A stretch of 64,000 nt of DNA from positions 1,348-65,347 of the forward strand of contig JACPYI010000023.1 in the NCBI GenBank assembly GCA_016196115.1, given 5' to 3'. This stretch comes from Candidatus Sungiibacteriota bacterium (lineage in GTDB: Bacteria; Patescibacteriota; Minisyncoccia; Sungbacterales; HO2-52-23). The stretch's first letter is position 1; every line of letters starts with the position of its first letter. The notes under the pieces were generated by a model that was not told where the DNA came from, made no database searches, and saw nothing but the letters and a program-made list of their open reading frames with translations. This document shows, piece after piece, positions 57,833 through 64,000 of this stretch. The translations under genes were made by a program, and so were the position numbers.

Positions 57833-60800
57833 TTACTGCGATGACAAGCTCTCCTGGGTTGTCCCAAGTGCGGGCAGACCCATAACCTGATACCCGTTGG
57901 TAAAGTCAAGATCCTGAATCGTGTTCTGCGTCGTGGTGGAGATCGGCGACCAGATGAACTGGTTGTTCGTATCCGCATCAACCGAACTCGTTACTGCCGC
58001 GCCGCTTGCCGCTCCGGGAGCCGGGGCTCCTGCCTTTGACATCAGCGTTGCCGTGTTCACCGGATATGCCGCGCTACCATTCAAGTTAACCGTAATGGTA
58101 TCCTTGCTGGTGGTAATCGTAGACACATTGGCCGCAGTTGCGCGAAGCTGGAAGTACCGGGTCAAGCCGTTGGGCACGATATAGGTCGTGGTTGCCGTGC
58201 TGTTGCACGAGGTCTTGTCAGGATAGATGGAGACCGTCTGCGGACCGGCTGCCGTTGAGGAACGTCCATTAAAGCACGTGCCTGCGTTGATCAAACCAGT
58301 CGAGGAGAATGTCGAATCAATGATCGAGAATCCGGAATCGGTGAAGGCATACAGCGCATACGCGGAGGTTGTTGCAACACTGCCAGAGAGCGTGGATGAA
58401 CCGATCGCAAACTGGAACTTATAAAACGCCACATCGCCGCTCTTTGCCTGAACGCTGAACTTGTAGAGAATATTGTTCGCCTTGCTGGTGAGAATTTTCT
58501 CCGTGGAAGTCAATGGAATGTAGGTGACAATCGGATATGACCTCATGATCCTCACGCCGGCTGAACTGTTGTTGGCGCTGCTGCCTGTCGGGGTGATCGT
58601 GGCGCCCGATGCGACTCCGGTGCCGTAGGTGCCGGTCAAGCCCGTGTTCACTGTGTCGTAGTCAACAATCAGGTTATCTCCGGATCTGGTCAGGTTTGCA
58701 GTCGGACCGATTGCGGACATATCGCCCTTGATGACCAAGGTCTTTGATCCACCCTTCGGTACGCGGAATGCGCCAGACGTAATCAAGGATGAAGTTGCAT
58801 TGCCCGTGGAGTTGATGACCGCGGTACCGACCGCTACCATAGTATCTGCGTCGTACAGCGTCACCATGTTGTTCACCAGGTCATTCTGGGTGTTGGAAGC
58901 CGTGCCGGTCAGTTTCAAGGCGATCTGCTTGACGTCAATGTCTTCGTTGAGCGCGCTGAATTTGGTCCGTCCAAGCTCAACCCCGGTGGTGCCTGCCGCA
59001 ACAATCACGTAGCCGGGACTGTTGGTGTCAAGTACTGCCGAGAGAGACCCGCCGGATGATGCCGTCATCTGCTGACCCGCTGCCGTAGTAACTGTTTCCG
59101 AAATGGTCTGTCCGCTGCCAAGACCGGTTACTCCGGTCCAGCTGTTGGAAGATCCGCCTTGGAGGTTGTCAATACCCCACTGGTACACTCCGGTTGATCC
59201 GCTTCGCACATCGCACTTCATTGAGAGCGTCTTTGAGGCGCCTTTGGACAGCACCAAACCGGTTCCGTCAAAGGTAATGCTCGTTGAAGATGCAGTATCC
59301 GTGGACGCCGGATTTTTCTTGGTGTTGGTATTGAGCGACGTTGCCCCGTCGTACAACTGGCAGTTGGTCAGATCGTTTCTGTTACCCGATACCGCGTTGA
59401 AGTAGAGCGGGACAGATGATACACGCACATCTTCTCCGGATGCGGTCGTGTCAAAGTTGTACCTGGCAAACTCAAACTGAAGCGCTCCTGCGATTACGGT
59501 CTGCGCAACCGGTACGCTTTGCACGCTTACCGTGAGCGCACCCGTCTTTACCGTCATGGTGTTCATCGAGATTGCCGCTGCCGGTGATGGGGTAATGGAA
59601 TTGCCGCTGTTCTGACCTTTTGCTGATGCAAAGTCAGCGCTCGGCGTGGTTGATGCCTGGATTGTCGTGTTGTTGAGCAGATCAGATCCTACCCTGCCCT
59701 TGAGGGTATAGGTATGAAGACCAACCGGAAACGTAATACTCGTTGAGAAGACGAATACACCATTGGACGCTCCAGTTGTGTCGGTGGTATCTACTGCGCC
59801 TCCGTCAACCGGACCCGCAATCACGCTGCCATTCTCATCAACCAAGGTTACGTTGGTAAGGTCATTGACGCACGGGTTACTTGCAACCGCATCGCTGGCC
59901 ACACAACTATAGGCAGCGCCAGCGGGACGAACCAAAGCAACATTGAATGCTACTTTGTTTACGGTGATGGGCTCACCCCTTACATCAGCGGTAAATGCTC
60001 CCAATGGTACGTTTGGCACGTTGACCGCAATATTCTGTGCCGCCACCGAATTTGAGGAGCTGATGCTGATCGTGCCTGCCGATACGGTTACGGTACCGCC
60101 GGCATACCACGGATCCTCGCTTGAGGTGAAGTTCGGGCTGGTATGATCGGCAGCAGCCGTACCGGTTTGCGGAGGCAAGATGCCGAATCCGTAGGTCTGG
60201 CCATTTACGCCAATGTCAATTTTCTTTGCGATGTCAAAGATAACGGTACGGCCTGATCCGCCGGTAATATCGCCTTTAATCGATAGCTCCTTTGAGAATC
60301 CTTTATCAACCAGAATCCCCTGGCCGCTGTTATCGGTGAAGGTCGTGACATAATACTTGCCGTCCGAGCTGACAACCGTATCATAGGCGGTTCCGTCTAC
60401 ATATGTCTTGATATTTGCGAGGTCACCCGAGGCAACCGATCCGGTCTGATTCCAGCGGATGTACTTCAGATATACCTTTTCTGCAGATCCTGCAGTTAAG
60501 CGGATTGCCGAAAATGTATAGCCAAGCTGGCCGATGTTTTTCGTTACTGCCACGCCCGGATCAGTTGATCCGCGCTGCATGGTAACGGTGCCGATCGAAA
60601 CCGTGCTGTTATAGGTCTGGCCGTTGCCCACCAGCGGCGCTGTCGCAGAAACACCCGTTACTGCAGTGGTTCCTGCGTTCACGCCCACAAGAGCAAGCTG
60701 GATAACCTGACCGTTATAGGTACTGACTGCCGCGGTCATGTTGCCCGCAATGGTTAGTGTTCGTGTTGTTCCGGCCGCTACTTTCACCGGTTCATTCAAC

Positions 60801-61591
60801 AATACCTGATGAAGGGAGTTCAAGGTCTTGGAAAGACCGAGCTGCGCTCCGTTCTCATCCAGCAAGACCACGCTGTCAAGCGCCGCATCGTTGGACGGGC
60901 CCTTGCGTTCTGCCGTAAAACCGGTAATCATCACATCCCCGTCTGCCGATGCGGTAAACTTCACCCGCGTAAACGGTACACGGGCAGCTCCGCCCGGAGC
61001 AAGATTTGCCACTGGCTGATTCGCATCAAGCATAACCGTCAGCCCTGATGCTACCGGTGCCGCTGGTGTTGCTGGGGTGCCCGGCGTTGCCGGAGTTGCA
61101 GGTGTTACCGGAGTTGCTGGGGTGCCCGGCGTTGCCGGAGTTGCAGGTGTTGCAGCTACCTGCGAGCTGTATGCTGCGCGGGATTTTAGTCCGAAGTATC
61201 CGGATGTCGGGGAAACGCCGGCTGCTCTCTGCCATGCCACTACCCCGGCTTTGGTTAACGAGCCAAAATACCCGGTTGCAGTCACATTCAGGTATCCTCC
61301 TTCGATCAGAGCATTCTGAAGGCATGTGACATCATCCCCCCTTGACCCAACTTTGAGATTCCGGGCAAAGGTGCACCCGCCTGTTGCTGACGCTACGGCC
61401 GTTGAGCCGCCGTGCAGCGCATTGATCTGCGCCTGGAGCGCTGCGATCTGCGCCATCAACGAGTCAATGCTTGATGTCTGCGCGACTGCAGCCAACGGAA
61501 CAATGATCGCCGCTCCGGAAATCGTGATGGCTGTTGCCAGTGCCGCAACTTTCTTAAAACGACCGCCACCACTTAAGGGTAATATATTCAT
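57833..61591 (-). CDS. large surface/S-layer-like protein with a peptidoglycan-binding domain
   Basis: Signal peptide, QIAALQAQINAL coil, FARNLKVGSRGDDV..LQ..L...GYFG.LT...V..WQ (PG-binding), PAT linker, Thr/Ser/Gly-rich beta domains; about 1250 aa. Start trimmed to MNILP. Confidence 0.8.
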   Translation of the reverse strand: MNILPLSGGGRFKKVAALATAITISGAAIIVPLAAVAQTSSIDSLMAQIAALQAQINALHGGSTAVASATGGCTFARNLKVGSRGDDVTCLQNALIEGGYLNVTATGYFGSLTKAGVVAWQRAAGVSPTSGYFGLKSRAAYSSQVAATPATPATPGTPATPVTPATPATPGTPATPAAPVASGLTVMLDANQPVANLAPGGAARVPFTRVKFTASADGDVMITGFTAERKGPSNDAALDSVVLLDENGAQLGLSKTLNSLHQVLLNEPVKVAAGTTRTLTIAGNMTAAVSTYNGQVIQLALVGVNAGTTAVTGVSATAPLVGNGQTYNSTVSIGTVTMQRGSTDPGVAVTKNIGQLGYTFSAIRLTAGSAEKVYLKYIRWNQTGSVASGDLANIKTYVDGTAYDTVVSSDGKYYVTTFTDNSGQGILVDKGFSKELSIKGDITGGSGRTVIFDIAKKIDIGVNGQTYGFGILPPQTGTAAADHTSPNFTSSEDPWYAGGTVTVSAGTISISSSNSVAAQNIAVNVPNVPLGAFTADVRGEPITVNKVAFNVALVRPAGAAYSCVASDAVASNPCVNDLTNVTLVDENGSVIAGPVDGGAVDTTDTTGASNGVFVFSTSITFPVGLHTYTLKGRVGSDLLNNTTIQASTTPSADFASAKGQNSGNSITPSPAAAISMNTMTVKTGALTVSVQSVPVAQTVIAGALQFEFARYNFDTTASGEDVRVSSVPLYFNAVSGNRNDLTNCQLYDGATSLNTNTKKNPASTDTASSTSITFDGTGLVLSKGASKTLSMKCDVRSGSTGVYQWGIDNLQGGSSNSWTGVTGLGSGQTISETVTTAAGQQMTASSGGSLSAVLDTNSPGYVIVAAGTTGVELGRTKFSALNEDIDVKQIALKLTGTASNTQNDLVNNMVTLYDADTMVAVGTAVINSTGNATSSLITSGAFRVPKGGSKTLVIKGDMSAIGPTANLTRSGDNLIVDYDTVNTGLTGTYGTGVASGATITPTGSSANNSSAGVRIMRSYPIVTYIPLTSTEKILTSKANNILYKFSVQAKSGDVAFYKFQFAIGSSTLSGSVATTSAYALYAFTDSGFSIIDSTFSSTGLINAGTCFNGRSSTAAGPQTVSIYPDKTSCNSTATTTYIVPNGLTRYFQLRATAANVSTITTSKDTITVNLNGSAAYPVNTATLMSKAGAPAPGAASGAAVTSSVDADTNNQFIWSPISTTTQNTIQDLDFTNGYQVMGLPALGTTQESLSSQ
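61068..61151 (-). repeat. 39-bp direct repeat (period 45) encoding the PATPATPGT linker
   Basis: GTTGCTGGGGTGCCCGGCGTTGCCGGAGTTGCAGGTGTT at 61068-61106 and 61113-61151. Confidence 0.9.
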
Positions 61592-61632
61592 AATGTTTTT
61601 AATGTTTTTATTACTCACCGAAAATTTTCTGA

Positions 61633-61822
61633 ACGCCTCACTTCTTACCCTTGTCGACGAACCGGGTAAGTAAAAGGCGTATTTTGATTTGAATAAATAA
61701 TGAAGAAGAATGCTTATGAAGCTCAAGTTCCCCTCATCCGTACCCCGCTTTCTGATATCTGACTTCTGATATCCGACATCAGAAAGCGGAGCACGGGCTT
61801 AAGGAGATCGACCGAATCTTGA
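61633..61822 (-). ncRNA. structured 5' leader of the surface-protein mRNA (candidate cis-regulatory RNA)
   Basis: 19-bp stem 61738-61756/61778-61796 fully paired only on the minus strand (G.U wobbles), outer stems extending to 61723/61822, second hairpin 61633-61680. Confidence 0.55.
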
Positions 61823-61926
61823 AACTCCACGTGTAAAGAAACCTTCAAACTATGTTCAATATCGCACATCATTCTTTCAATTGTCAACGTCCTCTCCCAT
61901 CAGAAATAATCAGGGATCCCACATAC

Positions 61927-62017
61927 GTTATAGCATAAGTATACTGTTCTCGCAAGAACACGCAAGTACACTTATCCACATCATGTATAGTATAGAACTG
62001 CCTGCACTGTTACACAA
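61927..62017 (-). promoter_or_regulatory. tandem sigma70-like promoters
   Basis: TTGCGA-17-(TGc)TATAAC at 61955-61927; TTGTGT-17-TATACT at 62017-61989. A further TTGACA lies at 61887-61882. Confidence 0.55.
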
Positions 62018-62035
62018 GTACCCCCCTGTGGATAA
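61972..62035. promoter_or_regulatory. two perfect DnaA-box 9-mers in inverted orientation
   Basis: TTATCCACA at 61972-61980 and TGTGGATAA at 62027-62035. Confidence 0.6.
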
Positions 62036-62098
62036 CCGTGCCTAGTAACTAATACGCCAGCTTTTCAAGCATAGTTGCACAACATGGGCCAGCATACA

Positions 62099-62971
62099 CT
62101 ATATATCGAGTTTTTTCAAGTACCGCCGAAATTGTCGGCCAATCTCGCGATGCTTAAGCCCGACCCGCACCACTGCCTTGGCAAACCCGAGTTTTTCACC
62201 GCAGTCATAGAGCACTCCCTCATATTCATAGCCATACATCTCTCCTCCTTGTTTCAGATAGAGCTGGAAGGCGCCGGTCGCAAAAAGCTCTCCTCCGGGA
62301 CCCGGTTTCATAACGGCAAGGAGATCGAGCACCTCCGGAGTATAGATATATTTGCCGCGCGAGACAAGATTGGACGGGGCCTCCTCGATCTTTGGCTTCT
62401 CAATCATATCGGTCACCCTATATGTCCGATTGGAAATCTTCTGTACCCCCACAATACCATATCTTGAGACCATTTTTCTTGGAACCCGGTCAAGAGCAAG
62501 CACGGGTTTTTGATAGGTACCAAAAACATGCATCAATTGTTTCAGACACGGAACTTTAGCGTCAACCACGTCATCTTCGTATAGGACAGCGACCGGCTCG
62601 TCATGTCCGATAAGATGCCGCGCCTGCAACACGGCATGTCCTGGCCCGAGCGGTTCGCTTTCACGGACATACGTAAACCTGGCAAGCGACGAGATGGCGC
62701 GTATGCGGTCTGCAAGTTCGCTTCTCCCCCGATTGCGGAGAAAATACTCAAGCTCCGGAGAATAATCAAAATGGTCCTCTATGGCTCTTTTTCCCCGGCC
62801 TGTCACAAAAATTATGTCAGTGATACCGGAAGCAACCGCTTCTTCGACCAGAAACTGTATGACCGGCTTATCGATCAGAGGCAGCATGGCCTTTGGCTGC
62901 GCTTTGGTGGCAGGAAGGAATCGCGTGCCAAGGCCGGCAACCGGAATAATGACTTTGGTAAGAGGTCTCAT
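62099..62971 (-). CDS. galU: UTP--glucose-1-phosphate uridylyltransferase
   Basis: PVAGLGTRFLPATKAQPK, GRGKRAIEDHFD, PLG.GHAV, EKP, YDCG. Confidence 0.92.
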   Translation of the reverse strand: MRPLTKVIIPVAGLGTRFLPATKAQPKAMLPLIDKPVIQFLVEEAVASGITDIIFVTGRGKRAIEDHFDYSPELEYFLRNRGRSELADRIRAISSLARFTYVRESEPLGPGHAVLQARHLIGHDEPVAVLYEDDVVDAKVPCLKQLMHVFGTYQKPVLALDRVPRKMVSRYGIVGVQKISNRTYRVTDMIEKPKIEEAPSNLVSRGKYIYTPEVLDLLAVMKPGPGGELFATGAFQLYLKQGGEMYGYEYEGVLYDCGEKLGFAKAVVRVGLKHREIGRQFRRYLKKLDI

Positions 62972-63558
62972 AGTAAGGAGTAACTGGTCCAGCGCTTTCG
63001 GCCGTCTTTTTTGAGAATATTCTTTTGCACCAGATCGTGCAAATCGCGCTGGATGGTTTTGGCGCTTACGCCGGTGAGTAAGGCGTAAAAATCGCTGATT
63101 TTCGCCTGTGACACTTTTTCCACAAACGTAAGTATCTTTTTCTGGCGATCCGTCATACGAGCATCTTCGCCGGCAATACGCAGTTTGGTTTTGTTTCCGG
63201 AAACATCCTGCTCTTGTTCATCATACGAAACATGATTCCCGGTAAGTTCCTGCCTGAAAAAATGTTCAAGAAATTCATACTCGCGCTCAAGAATCGTCAG
63301 ATTGATCGGCCGGACAAACCGCATGGAGCGGCTCACGCGCAAATACCCCTTGATGGTCTCAACCCTGCCAAGTAACGTGAGTGTCTCCTGCTCGTGGCGG
63401 TCGGTATATCCGTATTCAGTCACGCAACCAAAAATCTCATTGGCCTTCTCGCGCAGCTGGCGCTTGAGCGCCTCCCCCTGCGGAAAAAAATCAGTCACGC
63501 GATAGAGCGCCAAGGTCAGCTCAAATGTTTTTCGATGCAATTCTTGCGAGGTCTTCAT
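62968..63558 (-). CDS. four-helix-bundle-like protein with a C-terminal DeoR-type HTH
   Basis: ELTLALYRVTDFFP..E.LKRQLR; DRQKKIL...VSAKTIQRDL..LV....LKKDG..RW..Y. Confidence 0.7.
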   Translation of the reverse strand: MKTSQELHRKTFELTLALYRVTDFFPQGEALKRQLREKANEIFGCVTEYGYTDRHEQETLTLLGRVETIKGYLRVSRSMRFVRPINLTILEREYEFLEHFFRQELTGNHVSYDEQEQDVSGNKTKLRIAGEDARMTDRQKKILTFVEKVSQAKISDFYALLTGVSAKTIQRDLHDLVQKNILKKDGRKRWTSYSLL

Positions 63559-63660
63559 GGTATACTGCTTGTCATACCAATAACTTCCCCGACTGTCAAT
63601 TTTCGTTTTTGCGAATGAGATATAAATTTGTTAAAGTACCCATAAGATTCCCGCTACTTT

Positions 63661-63738
63661 TGTCATTCCCGCGAAAGCGGGAATCCAGCATGCTCATGGG
63701 GTAGGCAATTCTGGATTCCCGATCAAGTCGGGAATGAC
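63661..63738 (+). repeat. palindromic dimer repeat, intergenic copy of 55053-55121
   Basis: TGTCATTCCCGCGAAAGCGGGAATCCAG...CTGGATTCCCGATCAAGTCGGGAATGAC. Confidence 0.9.
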
Positions 63739-63750
63739 GGAAAACAAACT

Positions 63751-64000
63751 ATGAAAAAAGAAACTCTGCCGCAAAAACAAAACCGCGCTAAAAATATTTT
63801 TACTCGACTCAAGCGGATATACCCGCAGGCCGGCATGATTCTCCGATTTTCCAACCCGTGGGAGCTTTTGGTCGCCGTGATCCTCTCGGCACAGTGCACC
63901 GACAAAAAAGTGAATGAGGTCACGGAAAAACTTTTCAAAAAATACCGCATGCTCGACGATTACATCCGAGCGTCAGCCAGCGAACGCGCAGAAAAAGAAT
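63751..64000 (+). CDS. nth: endonuclease III, 5' part (truncated by window edge)
   Basis: Manual translation MKKETLPQKQNRAKNIFTRLKRIYP...NPWELLVAVILSAQCTDKKVNEVT. Confidence 0.9.
   Translation, partial: MKKETLPQKQNRAKNIFTRLKRIYPQAGMILRFSNPWELLVAVILSAQCTDKKVNEVTEKLFKKYRMLDDYIRASASERAEKE

Noticed and set aside
61060-61160. CRISPR-like repeat array
   Set aside because: Coding tandem repeat with no unique spacers and no cas genes.
61972-62035. oriC
   Set aside because: Only two DnaA boxes, no clear unwinding element and no dnaA/dnaN nearby.
62968-63558. Four-helix-bundle protein as DGR Avd or rRNA intervening-sequence protein
   Set aside because: No reverse transcriptase, TR/VR pair or rRNA in the window, and it carries a C-terminal HTH.

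Overview
A 64-kb bacterial window that is almost entirely one mosaic surface-glycan locus (about 55 CDS in 12 alternating-strand blocks). It ends at a large Thr/Ser/Gly-rich surface (S-layer-like) protein gene, galU, a four-helix-bundle/HTH gene and the start of nth. The gene style (mostly no Shine-Dalgarno, apparently leaderless starts, type of surface protein) suggests a CPR/Parcubacteria-like organism; this is inference. Contents: nucleotide-sugar enzymes (gmd, fcl, GME-like epimerase, two RmlB-like, RmlA-like, UDP-Glc dehydrogenase, ThDP C-C ligase, aminotransferase, AsnB), a Wzm/Wzt exporter, many GT2/GT4/GT11/GT-C transferases and eight methyltransferases. Most interesting: (1) a complete AcpS-FkbH-ACP-MaoC-SDR-MBOAT-SGNH/DltD-like operon that looks like a Dlt-style glyceryl/lactyl transfer system; (2) self-contained SD-bearing cassettes encoding unrelated phosphoesterase folds, inserted into a HAD/cupin/nucleotidyltransferase operon, with an unannotated cupin remnant; (3) a 69-bp palindromic repeat inserted in frame in a glycosyltransferase, with an intergenic sibling copy; (4) a strand-specifically structured ~330-nt leader, tandem promoters and two inverted perfect DnaA boxes upstream of the surface-protein gene. 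No rRNA, tRNA, CRISPR array, integrase or transposase was recognised. All assignments come from motif recognition by eye, with no database searches.
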